Positions 17,050 through 36,250 of a stretch of DNA of 64,000 nucleotides are shown one piece after another; position 1 is the stretch's first letter, and every line of letters begins with the position of its first letter. The DNA is from the human T2T-CHM13v2.0 reference genome, Homo sapiens. The notes beneath the pieces were generated by a model. It ran no database searches, was not told the origin of the DNA, and saw only the letters and a list, made by a program, of their open reading frames with translations. A program made the position numbers and the translations under genes. Where the stretch lies: NCBI RefSeq assembly GCF_009914755.1, contig NC_060925.1; one strand, written 5' to 3'.

Positions 17050-18061
17050 ATGCAACACATATTTTATTGAAATACATGATGCACGATCCCTTAAGGGCAT
17101 AAATTTTATCACTTAAATATCTCTTTTCTCTTAACTGAAGAATCTAACGCATACACAACAGGTCAAGAATAACAGTTTTAACAAAAATGCTGTCAGTAAG
17201 CAAATGTACCTTGGAGTGAAGTACAGAAGATTTTTATGTTTCATAAATTATTCCCAGTGGTTTCAGTTTGGCATACAGCAAAGATACAGACTGGATTCTG
17301 AGAACCTCCTCCTGCCCCCCAAATTTCCTGGCTTTGGCATAGAAAGGGCTACACAGCTCTTCCATCAAGCCCTGGCATTTTCTACTGGTAGAGATTGATT
17401 TTTCTACAGAAGAGCTCAGATTTTATCTCACTAAAAAGACGTGCTTGATTTTTAAATTGGAAATTTACAAAAGGAGTGAAATGAAGTGTGAGTAGTAAGG
17501 TAGTGGGTGTCTGTGTACATCCTCATGCCCAACCCCAGAAGCATTGAAGCCTGAGGCTTAGCCTCTCCCAGGCATTCCTCAGGTCCTCTGAAGGACCTTC
17601 CGTCACACAAGCTGAGAACTTGCTGAATTTGAAAAGCAATTTGCCCTTTGGCATCATCATATAAAGAGATTTACCTCCAGATGATAATAGGTGAAGACAA
17701 AGACTTACAGGTGGTTGATTGTTGTTGGTTTTTAAAGCCAACTGTGATCCCATCAATGTATTTCTAAGGAAAATGTAAACTGTTCATACATTCTCTTAAA
17801 CATCACAGTGAAAAGCAAGTACCCGTATGTGTGATAGGGCAGGCAGAGGGCTCCACCTGCTCTGCCCTTGGCAAAGGCCCTTGGCTACACTGGTGAAAAT
17901 GCCAGCTCGGCTTCTGCACGGATACACTATGTTGTGCCATCCAACTGGAGTGCCGGTGGACCCCAAAGGCAGGGCAGGGCAGGGGGAGGGGGTATTTTGA
18001 AATGTTTTCAGGAGCTCTGTCCAGCTGTCTCTGTCTTCCAGCCCGGAACTGCTGCACAAAG
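17050..18061 (-). other. TTC39A: TTC39A 3'UTR (end approximate)
   Basis: ~1 kb after the stop with no recognisable interspersed repeats; candidate AATAAA on - strand at 17063-17068; the true cleavage site could lie ~100 nt closer to the stop. Confidence 0.65.
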
Positions 18062-18430
<369 letters not shown>

Positions 18431-18742
18431 TTAGGGAATAGACCCCTACCCTGGAAGGCAGGAGGCATGGGTCCTCACACAGCCATGCAGTTGGCTTCTG
18501 ATGTGACCTTGGGAACTTACTTCCTGCCTCTGGGAGTCTAACTGCGCATTTATACATTAAGAAAGAAGTCTTCCTATGACAGGCGAGAGCTGGATTCCGA
18601 GGGACACAGGTCCACCCTCTAGACTGCCAGACTGGCCTTGCTAGCAACTCCACTCACTGCTCTCTGGGCAACTCTGTCCCCAGCCAGCTCCTGAGCTGAG
18701 TTCAGAGGGAGCAAAGGACAGACTGAGGTTACCCAAGCCTTA

Positions 18743-18928
<186 letters not shown>

Positions 18929-19908
18929 CTAACCCGAACTCCAATTTTGGGAGGTTCCCACTACCCAGCCCTAGAAAGGCTGGGATCCATAGCAAAGCCT
19001 TCCCATCCTGTACCTTGGGCTCCAGCTCCCTGACAACCTATGGCTCCTGTCATGTCCTTAGTCCACCGCCACCTAAGTCCCGACCTCCCTTTCTCCAGGT
19101 TGAATGGTTTATTAAACTGTAAAGTCTCCTGTCTCTGATCTACCCTCTCTGACCCGACCTCCATGCTGTCCTGGAGATATCCTTTTAAACCCCAAGTCCT
19201 CCTTGCCCGGTACCCTTTCTGGCTGTCTTCTTTGGGATACAATTTAGCCTTGTGAACAAAACATCCAGGCCCTTCTCATTCTATCCCTCCTTTTTCATCT
19301 TCAATCTTTTCTCTCTATGACTTCACCCAGGCAGGTAAAGACCCCATCACCGTCACCCCAGCCTCAGATGTCTTTCCTGTGTCCATGCACTGGTGCATGC
19401 TGTACTTACTCCACTTCAAACCTGTCCTCCCTTGCTTTCTCTGCCTGATGAACTTCCCACTTTCAACATCAGCCTTGGAAAGCCTTTCCTGGTATCTCCC
19501 ATTAAGTTTAGGTCCCTTCTTGGGGCACCTGCTGTCCTCTCCGCTTTCCTTTAGCATGGCCCTGACGAGCCTTGGTTGGGTTGCCTACAGCTTGCCATCT
19601 GTCACATTGCCCTCCCTGAGGGCAAGGATAGAGTCACCGAATTACAAACTCCAGGGGACACTGTTCACTCAAAACAACGTGGATGGACTCCTGTAGTCAG
19701 GCAATTTGGTGGCACTGGGAGGCTAGGTCTGAATTATCTGTACAGCTCCCGGCACAAGTCCTGGCACAGAGTGGACACTGGTTTAGTACCTGTGTGGTGA
19801 GTGGGGGTTGGCTAGGGTCAGCCACTGCAGTGGGCATGAGGATGGAGAAGCCCTGAATATTCTACCCAGGAGACTCAGACCCAGAAGGAGCAGCTGCAGA
19901 GGCACTTA

Positions 19909-20061
<153 letters not shown>

Positions 20062-20299
20062 TCATTTCTGCAGCAGTTACTTATGGAGCCCCCTACTTTG
20101 TGCTAGGTCAAAGGGACACAGGTAAATCAGACACAGTCCCTGTCCTCAGCAGGGGTCACATCTAAGAAGGAAAGGCAAATACTGAGACAATGACAATACA
20201 GTGAGGTCAGCACTGAAGGAAGCCCCAAGGCTGCGGGAGCCCAGAGGCTTTGACCCTACCAGGTGGACAAGGAACAGCTGCTTGGAGGAGCTCAGTCTA

Positions 20300-20608
<309 letters not shown>

Positions 20609-21094
20609 TCAGATCAGAGGTTCACTAAAGGACCTTCTAGCTCTAATCATCCATGACAGGTCTCAGTCAGCCTGTGAAGCTGTGGGTCTGAGGGGGTTAT
20701 GGGAGCCTTATCATTGATTTCCTCCTGAGATCTCACCTTACCCCAGTGAAGATGTAAGATGGACCAATGTCCGTAATGTGCTGCTCATAGCTGCCCAAGT
20801 TTTCCAGCTATTTTCCTGCTCATGCCCTCCCTGAGTGCTATTATGTCCTTTCTCCCAACCTCTCTGGGGCCAAACACTTTCTGTCCTTTGAGGACCAGGC
20901 CATGCTCCATACACACATTTCAGGACAACAGAATTTAAGGCTATGTCACCTTCTCTTCTACTCCTAGTCTCCCAAAGCAATGGGCTAAATAATGACATTC
21001 ATATTCCATTTCCTTTAGAATGAAGTTACCATCATTGAGACTCTTAAAACACATCTGATTCCTTTTATTCTTTTTCTTAGATTCTTTTTTTTTA

Positions 21095-22122
<1,028 letters not shown>

Positions 22123-22337
22123 TAGTACTAAACTTTCATTCATAGTAACTGTGTTTGCTTAAATGAGCATTTCCTAAACTATCAAAGAAGATAATGGATG
22201 TGAAAACACTTTGTAGCCATAAAGTTCTAGAAAGACATTATTGTTGTGGTTCTTGTTATGTTCTAGGAAGGGAATTTCAGTTTAGACCAGTATTTCTCAA
22301 CTGTTCTGTGGTCCCAAGTTAGCAAATGTTTCATTCT

Positions 22338-22693
<356 letters not shown>

Positions 22694-22759
22694 TAGAAAT
22701 GATTCTGTGGCCAAATAAGTTAGAGAAAAAACATATCTTTAAACTTCTTCTTAGATTAA

Positions 22760-23271
<512 letters not shown>

Positions 23272-23659
23272 TATGGTATATTTTAAACCATAAAATATTT
23301 TAAAACTTTAGAAATATTCAGGTTGTAAGTGCTAAATCAAACTATATAAATATTGACCGTTTCAATTTATAAAGTGTTTAACACATTTTCCTCGTTGATA
23401 CTCATAACTGCTCTGTAAAATGGGAAAGGAATCTATTATTATACCCATTTTACATAAGGGGAAGAGGGAACCGACCTAAAGCTACTCAGTTAATGAACAG
23501 TACAGCCAGGACCAGAAAAAGGTCTCTCAAGCAGGCTTCCTTCTACTTTTCTGGCTCCCTTACTACTTGAATAACAAGGACTCTTAGCAAGCTGGAACTT
23601 TATCTGATGCCTACTCAAATCGTGCATAGAATTAGCATCACAACCATGGCTCAGAATAT

Positions 23660-23895
23660 GGGCTGTGGGCCCAGACTGCTGAGTTCAAATTCTGACTCCA
23701 ACTCACCAGCTGTGTGACCTGGGCAAGTTATTTGATCTTTCTACTAATCTATTAGGCCTTATTACCCCCATCTGTAAAATGGAGACACCAGCAGCGCCTA
23801 CTCAGAGGGTTGATGTGAGTCTCAAATCAGGCAATAGGCAATGGGTGTGGGCAGCCTTGAATATAGCAAGTGCTCGATAACGATGTTGGCTATTA
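23660..23895. mobile_element. MIR
   Basis: gagttcaaattc...tgtgtgacctgggcaagtta...catctgtaaaatgg. Confidence 0.75.
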
Positions 23896-24238
23896 TGTGA
23901 GTTCAGAGTTGAATATAACGTGAAAAGGTTGGCCGAGTGAGGGGGACCGTGAAAACAATTATAATCATTGTGACAAGACTGGAGCAGACAGGCTGGGATC
24001 ACTGGCAGCCGGGTGATGCCGCTGCCTGGGCACATGGACATGGGGCTCTCTGTCCAGGAGGGTGTCCCTCTCTGCCTTTTATCTGCAGCCTGCCTGTCTC
24101 TCCACTCTCAGCCCCAATGGACCCTCTCTAAGGGGCAGGGGCTGGGCCAGACTCCCAGGTGAATTGTGAAACCCTCCCCAGGCCCCTGAGGCATGAAGGT
24201 CTTTCTCCTCATCCACCTCCCCCTGGCTGTGGCTCTCA

Positions 24239-24490
<252 letters not shown>

Positions 24491-25955
24491 CTATGCTTGG
24501 CGCCTCTCTGGGCCTCAGTTTCCCCATCTGCACAATGACAGTGTTAGACTCTAAAGAGCCTTCTAGGTCTGAAATAGCCTGCGGCTATAATTTTAGAGAC
24601 CCTGCCCCAAGACCTGGCCACTTCCTATGGCTGGGCAAGGGGTTCCTCCCCGCCAGCTGGCAGAGATGAGAGTGTGCCAAACACCCCTGGGCCGGCCCTG
24701 CCTCCTAGTTATCGCCTCCACTCCCAGGCTCCATTTCTGGGGAGGATCCAAGAGAAGTTTAACCCCAATTTCACAGGAGAGACCAACACTCGGAGAAAGG
24801 GTGGGACCTACCCAAGACCAAACAGCTCAAACCCTTAATTAACTCTTGCCTCGCGAGTTCTGGCCTTCTCAGCTGTTTCCAAGGGCAGAGCAAAATGCGG
24901 TATGCCACCAGGCACGCCCCCACATCTGGGGCCTCACCCACCAGCTCCATCCCACCCTCCTCCTATTTCTGCCACAGTCACCGGGTGTGGCTGTGACCTC
25001 AGGCCTGAGCCATTTAGGCTCAGGAAACAGCTGGATGTGGGTGTGAGGTCCCCCCAAACTCTTCCTTTGCTTATTCACTGTAGAACCTCTCTTGGCCTTA
25101 ATTTCCTCATCTCTAAAATGGAGGTAATGACACCTGCCCTCCTAGGCTTTCTGGAAGAGTCATCTGAGAGGGGGACATGGAGTCTGCTGTAGTAGCAGAC
25201 ACTCTGTAAGTGATAAATGCCCTATTATTGTGACAACAGTAGCCTAGGAGGCTCATATTATACCCATTTCTGGGTCTGCAAATTGGGCTCAACCTCACCA
25301 AGACTGGAGGAAGGCTCTAAGCTCCATCCTCCACCTGCCAAGGCTGAGCTCTGCTCTAAAGACACTTCATAGGAAGCAAACACGGTGGTACAGGTAAGAA
25401 TGAAAACAGCCACCACTTAGTGGGCAGCTTCTAGGCTCCTAGTTCTATGCGCCAGGCTCTTAACATTTATTATCTAGTTGATTTGCAAAACAGTGCTGCG
25501 AGGTGGAGGTTGTTGTTCCCATTTTACAGATGCTGAAGTTGTCCAAGGTGACACAGCTAAGAACAAGCAGAGGCTGGGTTTACTCTTGTTTGTTCGATTC
25601 CGACTGTCAGCTCTCTACTGTGCTTCTCTGAGTGTCTCAGGTTAACTCAGCAGAGTGAAAGACCTTCCCTCCCTGGACCTTGGAGCCACATCTGTCCTAC
25701 TGTCCACATGAAAGAGACTCGGAGGAAGACGATATTAGCAAAACCATTTCTGTGAAAGAAAGCCTCTGAAGAAAGTCAAAGGGCTCCAACCACCAGCAGC
25801 AGCAGCATGGGGTGGTGATGGGAGGGGAGGACACGCAGGGGGGGCAGTCCGCGGGTGGGGGCAGGGAGCCACCCTACTCCTCCCTCCCCAGTGCCCACAG
25901 CTCAGGGTGGCCTGGCTGGTCTGTCCATAGCGGCCTACACGGTGGGAGTGGCCTA

Positions 25956-26393
<438 letters not shown>

Positions 26394-27122
26394 TCACAGT
26401 GGGCCCCTGAAGGGCAATGGGGAAATTCCCTGAGGCCCCAGACAGGCCTTCCAGCCAGGAGGAAGAGGCTGAGCAAAGCCAGGAGGTGGCAGGATGTGTG
26501 TGGACTACCAATAGGAGGATGAAGCACGGGCTGTAAAAAGAAGAGGCTTGAGCCAGAAACGTGAGCAGGGCCTGGGTCGGGTCAGCTCGGGCCACCCTGG
26601 TAGAACTAACTGCCTTGCTGTGTGTGCCAGGCACACCACATCCAGCACCTCGCTTGATCCCAAAGCCAATGCCAGAAAGGAGTCCGTACCCCACCTCTGC
26701 TTCCTGGGACCCCAGAGCTACTGGGGCAGAGCCGGGAGTCAACCCCAGCACCTTGCCCACTAAATGCACAGCCAGCCCTGACAGGGAAACCGTGGCCCTG
26801 CGGGAGACCCCCTACCCCACCCAGTCCTCCCTGCACACCACGCCCCTTCCTCAGAAGTCCTGAGACAGGAGCCTGGCTCTGTGCTGCCCTCAAGTGGCCA
26901 AGCCCCGAACCACAGCTCCTGCCTCCTGGCTAAGAAAGGGTGGAAAGGAAAAGGCGCCGGACATCCGGGAGTCCTGCCTAAAGCAGGCGGAAAGCGGCCT
27001 CCACCTGGCAGCCCCACCCATGCCGGGGCCTCAGCCCGCCCTTCACAACATGAGGGAAAGCTGGTCTTCGTGGGCCACGGCGGGAAGAGTCTCCCTCCCT
27101 GAAATCTGTTCCCGGTCCCATC

Positions 27123-27424
27123 TTTTTTTTTTTTTGATGTGGTCTCGCTCTGTCGCCCAGGCTAAGGCTGGAGTGCTATGGCGCGATCTCGGCTCACTGC
27201 AACCTCCGCCTCCCAGGTTCAAGCGATTCTTGTTGCCTCAGCCTCCTGAATAGCTGGGACTGCAGGCATGCACCACCACGCCAGGCTAATTTTTGTATAT
27301 TTTAGTAGAGACGGGGTTTCACCATGTTGGCCAGGCTGGTTTCAAACTCCTGACCTCAAGCTATCCGCCCGCCTCAGCCTCCCAAAGTGCTAGGATTACA
27401 GGCATGAGCCACTGCGTCTGGCCC
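27123..27424 (-). mobile_element. Alu
   Basis: TSD ccggtcccatcttt. Confidence 0.95.
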
Positions 27425-27479
27425 CGGTCCCATCTTTAACCTCCCGGGTCACCCTTGTCCTCTCCCTTTCCCCTGCCCC

Positions 27480-28150
27480 TGACGTGGAGACACCAAGTCC
27501 CGGTGACTTTACCTCCCGTCTCACTCTAGGATCCTGCTGGCCTTGCCCTACGGCTCTCATTATCGGACTGCCACCATCTCCACACCGTCTCCCTGTTCCA
27601 GGCTACCCGGGATGTCTTTCTGCTGTCCTGGTACACATTGTCTCCTATCTCCCTGCTCCCACTCCTGTCCCCTGCAAGCCATTTCGCACACTGACCTTTT
27701 TAAGTCAGATCATGTCAGTTCCTTCTGGAAATCTGGTTATATTCCATCACACTCAGGAGACATCTCCTACAATTTCCTTGACACCTGCAGCACTCCAGCC
27801 ACACGACGGCCTCAGGGCGGTTCCCAGGACACATCAAACACACTCCTGCCCTGCTGTGCCCTGCCCAGCTCCCTCTGCCCTAACGGCCTGCCATGTGACT
27901 GCCACGTGCTGCTCCTGCGCTCCATTCTGGTGTCCTCTGAGACAGGCTTCCCCCGACCTCCCCTTACAAAGCCCCTCCCATCACTCCCTGCATCCAGCCT
28001 CGCTTGTTCTTCACTGCACTTACTGGAACCAGACATCGTGTTATATTGCCCATCTGTGTTTCTTGTCTCCCCACTAGGACGTGAGCCTTGAGGGGGTCTT
28101 TTCCTGCTCATGCTTGTATTTCCTGCCTTAGAACAGGACCCAGCCAGCGG
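27480..28150. mobile_element. L2 remnant
   Basis: Diverged L2 3' motifs (tcagatcatgtca...tctccccactagg...ttgtatttcctgc). Confidence 0.6.
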
Positions 28151-28881
28151 GGTGGCCCAGCAACTGCTGGTGGGCTTTCTAAAGTACCTATCTAAGCCAC
28201 AAGCCTGCCAAGGCTCCCCCACTGCTGGATAAAGCCCAAACAGCCACTCATGTCCTCCAGGACCTGCCCTAACCTTTCTTTTTCTGGCTCATCTTCTGCC
28301 ATTTCCTCCCCTACACTCCTTAAACTCTCCCCAGGCCTCTGCCTGTGCTGCTCCTCGGCCCGGGATGCCATTATCCCTTCACCAGGCTCATCTCCAAGAG
28401 TCTTCCCTCCTGCCCACAGACAGCTCACCCTCACTGCACCACCAGGGTTAGGATGGGGGCTGTGACTTAGAGTTGTGGACGCCCCAGCTCTCCAGGGATG
28501 TACAGGGGCTATGCTGGGACAAAAGAGCAGCTGTCACCCCTGATGCAAGCCCCCTGCCCTTCTGCCACACAAACTCTTCACCCTGTGGCACACAGCCCCT
28601 CTGCAGCGCCCTGGCTTCTGAGCCTTTGGTCCTGCCGCCCTCTTGGCTTGGGGTGTCCTCTCACTTCCTCCACTCTGCCTCCCTAAGTCCTTCCTCTCCA
28701 AGACCCACCTCAGAGGTCTCTCCTCAGAAGCCTTCCTGTCCTCTTTGGTTGCCTGGGCATGCCTTTAGCTCCTTGGGTTTCCCAAGCCCTGAGCACGCCA
28801 CTGTCACCACCTTGTTTCTGGCCATCTCAGCCTCTAGGCTGCCAGCACTGGGGGAAACACAAAGGCCTCCACAGGGCTGAC

Positions 28882-29304
28882 TGCAGGAGATAGGTCAGGG
28901 TGGTGAGAAAAATTACAGAAAGAAGCAAACCTTGGAAGGCTCGGAGGTTTTGCAAAAGCTTCGGGAAAGGATTTGGCTGAAGGCAGCTGAATTCTCTCAG
29001 AGTAGATAACAAGAAGTAAGGGAATTGATCTAGATAAGTTGGTTTACTTAGGCCTCGGAACCTGGCCTTTAATCATCATGCGGAGGACTGCTCTTTCTGG
29101 GGGGGCGACAATGTTAATTACCCACAAATGGAGTTTGCTTTAGGCCTTTGTCATTACATCTGTACTAAATAAATGCAAGCGTGGCAGGCTTATGGGGGCC
29201 GCTGCTGACTCTGGCAGGGGTCCCCCATCTGCTGACAGGCAAGCCTGTGTCTGCATACTCCGTTCATCCGTCGCTCAGCCAGGGTCTGCGGGTCAGACCC
29301 AGCA
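28882..29304 (+). mobile_element. Solo ERV LTR, HERV-K-type (LTR22/HML-5-like)
   Basis: TG...CA termini, exact 6-bp TSD GCTGAC (28876-28881, 29305-29310), AATAAA 29168-29173; ends resemble LTR22. Confidence 0.8.
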
Positions 29305-29729
29305 GCTGACCTCGGAGGATCCTGGCAGAGGGGGGCGCTGCCTGCACAGAGCAGGTGGTGCCTATGGCAATGGCCAGAGGCCCAGGCCCCAGGACTAGAA
29401 GTTGGTGGAGTCTGTGGTGGCCAAGTTCTGGAGATTAGAAATGGGTGGGGCCCCAGAACTCAGAGGGTTACAACCCCCATTTTTCACAGAAGTCCTCATG
29501 AGGAGAGTGTTGCAGAGAGAGAGGGACTGGCCACCCCAAAGCCACACAGCGGTCTGGGGACTGAGCCAGATTTCCTGACAGCTGGGAGGCCTGGCCCACC
29601 TTCTGTTCCTCTATATAGCAGCTGTGTGCCCCCACCAGGTCTCTCCTTCCCCATATGGTTAGCCCCAGCCACCCACCTCACTCTACAGGAAGGCTTCGAG
29701 AGTCACTTTCAGTTCAAAAAGGTTCCCTA

Positions 29730-29842
29730 AGGCCCAGAATCCCAGCACTTTAGGAGGCAGAGGTGGGAAGATTGCTTGGGCCCAGGAGTTCAAGACTAGC
29801 CTGACCAACATAGCAAGACCCTGTCTCTAAAAAAAGAAAAAA
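29730..29842 (+). mobile_element. Alu monomer (FLAM-like)
   Basis: aatcccagcactttaggagg...gaccctgtctctaaaa. Confidence 0.85.
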
Positions 29843-30589
29843 GGTTCCCTGAGGCTTTGTCCTTTTTGGGAGTAGGAGGTGATGAGGAGGGGGTGTGGGG
29901 GCCATGGGAGCTGGGCCTGAGGAAGCACCTTCAACAGCAGGGTGGGCTCAGGGCAAGCCCCGACTCCTCAGGAGGACTCTAGGAGCAAGAGAGAAGCAGA
30001 GGCCTCTGAGTCACACAGGACTGTCCTCAAATCCGGTGTCTGTCACCAACAGCCATGTGGGTGGGAAAGTCACAGTCCTCGCTTAGCATCAGTGGCCCTC
30101 ATGTGCCCAATGGAGATAATAACTTCTCCTCACTGGGTGTGGTGTGGAGGACATGACAGGTGCCAGACATGTTGAGAGCTCAGTAGAAGCCTGCTCCCTT
30201 CCCCAGCCCCACCTGCCCCAGACCCAGAGAATTCCCCTTCAGCTTGGTCCCCAGGCAGGGCTACGGAAGAGACCTCCATGCAGAGGAGGGGGAGGGACCA
30301 GATGCAGATGACAGGTCTCCTAACAGGTGCCAATGTGGGTCAGTTCTAACGGCTGCCTGGAGCTTTGCAGGGAAGGTATCTAAGGTCACAGCTAGGCTCA
30401 TGGCAGAGGATTGATTAGCAATGTCTGCTATGGGCAGGGGATGAAGCCATGAAGACACATGTCCTGTGTATTTACAAATAACAGATTAGACGTTTGCTGA
30501 GCTAGGTGGTTGTAAGACTCTTGGTTCCAATTTCTGCACTATCATTACTATGATGGTACAAGCTAACACTTATTTCAATACTTACCATG

Positions 30590-31030
30590 ATAAATTTCAT
30601 CTTTGGTAGGCGGGCATCTGTTTGGCTTTGTTTTGCCTGTATGGCATCTTGTTAATCCCTCCACTATTTCTGGGTGCATCATTTTCTTCTGTGGAACCAC
30701 CCCTCTCCTACTCTCAGCCCATGAGGAATCTTCCCACCCCTCTGTTCCAGGCATTGGCAGGTGACAAGTCAGACCAGTGAGGCTCAAACTGTGGGACTCT
30801 GGTTGAAACCAAGGGGAGGATATGAGTAGAAGCAGCCCGTGGCCACCTTGCCTGTCACATGGAGAGAACCTTCCTGCAAAGATGCAGCAGAAACAAAGAT
30901 GTCATAGGAGAGAGCACAGCCACAAATGGAAAGACCAAGCCAGACGACATCATTTGAATTCCTGGATCCAGCCCTACCTGAAGTCGGATGTGCCAAGAAT
31001 GTTCAGTTATATGAGCCTTTTGTGTTTTGG
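30590..31030 (+). mobile_element. Old ERVL/MaLR-class LTR remnant (LTR33/LTR16-like)
   Basis: ctggatccagccctacctgaag motif. Confidence 0.45.
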
Positions 31031-31032
31031 AC

Positions 31033-31243
31033 CTGCATAGTCCAATATAGTGGCCACAAGCCCTACATGGCTATTTAAATTTAACATTTAGTTAATTAAA
31101 ATTAAATAAAACTGAAAACAATCAGTTTCCCAGTTGCACTAGGCACATTTCATGTGCTCATTGTGCACATGTGGCTGGTGACTACCATATTTGGGCAGTG
31201 CATAAGTAGAACATTTCTACCACAGAAACAGTTCTACTGGACA
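31033..31243. mobile_element. MER3-like hAT MITE
   Basis: gtccaatatagtggccac...atgtggctggtgactacc...ctactggacag. Confidence 0.7.
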
Positions 31244-31470
31244 GAGGGAGCCATGTTTCTGTCCTTTGTGACTAGAAATCTCTTTGTGACACATTGTGGT
31301 TCAGAAGTTTCTCTTGTGGTCTTTAGTTCCTTCCAAGCCTGAGTCCTATTAGAATTTAAGGTTATGTTTAGATTCCAGCTGAGACATCTGTGTTCAGTTA
31401 GGGATTTGGCCCGTGGTCTGGAGGCACACAGTCAGCCCTGGTCACCCAATGCCCCTAACACGTGGCATCA

Positions 31471-31761
<291 letters not shown>

Positions 31762-32260
31762 CTAGGCTCAGGTGGGGCCCCAGGAGCCAGAAGATCTGGC
31801 CTCCAGTCCTGGTTTTACCTCCTAAGTCTTACATGACGTTGGGCTCAAATACAGCCCCCGCCTAGGACTCTGGTTTTTAGTAACAAAATGAAAGAGCAGG
31901 AGAGAGCTATAATGGAGGGGAGGTACCAGACTCCAGCCTAATCGTCATGCCCTAAACAGATGGGCTTTCCTAACCTCTGCCTCCCTCAAGCACCTCCCTC
32001 CACCTCCCTCCACTGCAATGCTGCAGTCCTATATCTCCCAGTCAAAATCCCAGGCACCACAAATGCCTCCTCCTCCCTTGTCTTCCCAGGCTGCTCTGCC
32101 AGAAGGGCCTCTCCTGCCCCTGCTCTCTGGTTGGTTCTCTCTTGGCCCCCCCCCCGCCCCCAGTCTATCCTGTCCCTGAGTATGTCACATGTGCCTGACT
32201 TCCTGCTGGTCTGGGAGACCCCGAGGGATCCCCAGCCCCGGCCCGGACCCCCATCACTCA

Positions 32261-32662
<402 letters not shown>

Positions 32663-32665
32663 TCA

Positions 32666-33373
<708 letters not shown>

Positions 33374-33828
33374 TCACGGGCTTGGCCGCCCTGCGATGGG
33401 TATTGAGGGCCCAAGGTCTGGTTGGGAGCAGGAGAGACACGGAGGTGGATGATCCCAGCCATGGGCTCAGGGCATAGGTGGGGCCTGGGAAGGCTTCCTG
33501 GGGGAGAAGCCTCCAGAGCCTGGCTGGGGAGGGGCTGGGGGCAGACCCCCCACCTTGTTTCCCTGCCTGCAGTCTCTGCCCCTCTGTCTGTCCTCCAGAG
33601 CATTCTTGTTCTTTCTAAAACACAAATCTGACCTGCCTCACTCCTGCCTCAAACCCTCCATGGCTCCCCTGCCTTCGAGATAAAGAGGAAGCCCAGGCTG
33701 GCACAGTAGGTCCCGCAACCCTCCTGGCCAGGCCACACTGCCTCACCTCTGGGTCCTCCCTTCATCCTGAAATCCTACTCATGACCCATGCGCTTTCTTA
33801 AGGAAACAAAACTGAAAGAGACCTTCAC

Positions 33829-33908
33829 AGCCTCTAGCCAATGTTTTCCAAAGCTCGGGCAGCAGATAGCAGCTAAGATTTCAGGGGTCCATGGGCAGAT
33901 GCCAGGAA
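33829..33908 (+). repeat. 80-bp dispersed direct repeat, copy 1
   Basis: 76/80 identical to 35180-35259. Confidence 0.92.
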
Positions 33909-34913
33909 ACACTGAGTCACGGTGAGGGTTTTCCCTTCTGTTATCTTTCTATCCTTTGGTGGTGCCCAGGAGAAATCCCCAGTCCTTTGCTCGTGGGGTT
34001 TGAACTCTCTCACCCTAAGCCCGCTTTCTCAGAAAGAGGAAGCCTGGCTGAGCCTGGGCTACACAGTCTAGCTGGGCTTTCCAAAAGATGGCTGGGCCCT
34101 CGTGGTATTTATTTTTATGATTATGTTCTTATCATGCCAAATAATATGGAGGTTTGTGTAGAGATGTTTCCTTTAAATCAATTTCAGTAAAAGTCATGAG
34201 TCACTTTTGAGAAAAGTAATATATAAATTATAATAGAGAGGTCCGTGGGTGTGGCAAATATCAGTAAGGGCCAGTGCACGTTTGAGAAACATTTATCTGG
34301 TCCATTAACAAGGCCCTTATTTTACTAAAAAGAGGCTCAAAGAAGAGAGGGACTTGCTCAGAGTCACAGAGAAAAGGGGATGAGGCTGGACTGACCCAGA
34401 GCTCCTAACTTCCAGGCCAGTGCTCCTTCTACCACACTAGGCCTCCTCCACCAGAAAGCCCTCCCTGATCTGCTGCCTTCAACCTGGGGTTGGTACTCAG
34501 GTTCTTGCCCTCAGTAAAGTCTTTGGGTGCTTGAGTTCTCTGGTTCCTCCTCAAGGTCTGATGCCCAGTAGGGCTTCCCTCAGGCATCTGCTGGATGAAG
34601 TGGTAGCACCAGAAAATGGTCCTTGGGGGAAGGACTTACTCAAAGTCTTAAAGTGAGGCAGTATCTAGGGAGAGAGGGACCAGCCCCTGACACCTGTCAG
34701 GCTCAGAGAATGTGTGATCCTGGGCCACTGATGGAGCTGCCCTTCACACCCACACCCACCCAGAGCCTCTGCACCCTGGGAGGGCCAGGCAGGGATCACT
34801 AGCCCCATTTGTCCAGAGAGAAGACTGAGGCCCAGGGAGGTCTGGGCATTGTCCAGGGCCATACAATGAGAGGGGCTGAGCCAGGATGGGCTCCTAGGCC
34901 CTGTGGCCTGTCA

Positions 34914-35069
<156 letters not shown>

Positions 35070-35179
35070 TCAAGCCTGTGAAGGTACCCAGAGTGGGCAG
35101 GGGCCACCCCCACTGTCCCAAGTCTAGCTCTTTAACAGGCTTTACCTGGAGGGGAGAGGGCCACCCCTCTAACTTTGAA

Positions 35180-35259
35180 AGCCTCTAGCCAATGTTTTCC
35201 AAAGCTCGGGCAGTAGATGGCAGCTAAGATATCAGGGGTCCATGGGCAGGTGCCAGGAA
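35180..35259 (+). repeat. 80-bp dispersed direct repeat, copy 2
   Basis: 76/80 identical to 33829-33908. Confidence 0.92.
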
Positions 35260-35845
35260 GCCTAGCCAGGAAACCCCTGGCCACCTAGGTTCCTGAGGCT
35301 AAATCTTCCCTGGGAAGCTCCTCCTCCCTTGATCAGGCAGTTTTCCCAGCCTTCCTGCTCCCTCTGCCTGGAAGCCCCTCCCCAGCTGGGAAACTCCTAG
35401 GGATCCTTCAGGAGCCAGCACAGATGCTCACCCCCTCCCGTAGGAAACCTTCCCCCACTCCATGCAGGAACAAGACTTAGTTCTCTGTCCCCTCTAAGTC
35501 ATCAGCTGGTTTCAGGACTGTCTCCTTCCCTGACACTGGTAAATGTTTAACCAGCAGCTCTCCAGGGCAGAGAAAGCCCTGATTTATTGTGTGTGCCAAG
35601 GTCGGGTGCTGTGAAGGTTCCACCATGGTGGATTTCAAGCTACTGGCCTGACTTGGGAAGAAATGCACCGATGGACTCTGGAGCTGGCTCCAGCGCCCAC
35701 ACCACCCCCACCCCAGCTGTGAGCCCCTGAAGGCTGGCCACATGTCTGGTCACCTCTGGATCCTGGTGCCCAGCACACAGCCAGGTGCAGGGGCACTTGG
35801 CAGTGACCACACATGAGTCAGGGACAGAAGGGGAGACTGAGCTCA

Positions 35846-36175
<330 letters not shown>

Positions 36176-36250
36176 TCAGCCGTATGGGCCCTGGCACACT
36201 CAGCCATGGGCAGCTTCTGGACATTTGTTCGTATTCCACATCCTATCTAA

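Noticed and set aside
29323-29340. CTCF-like ggcagaggggggcgctg next to the LTR
   Set aside because: Mismatches at core positions, including the conserved A; too weak to call
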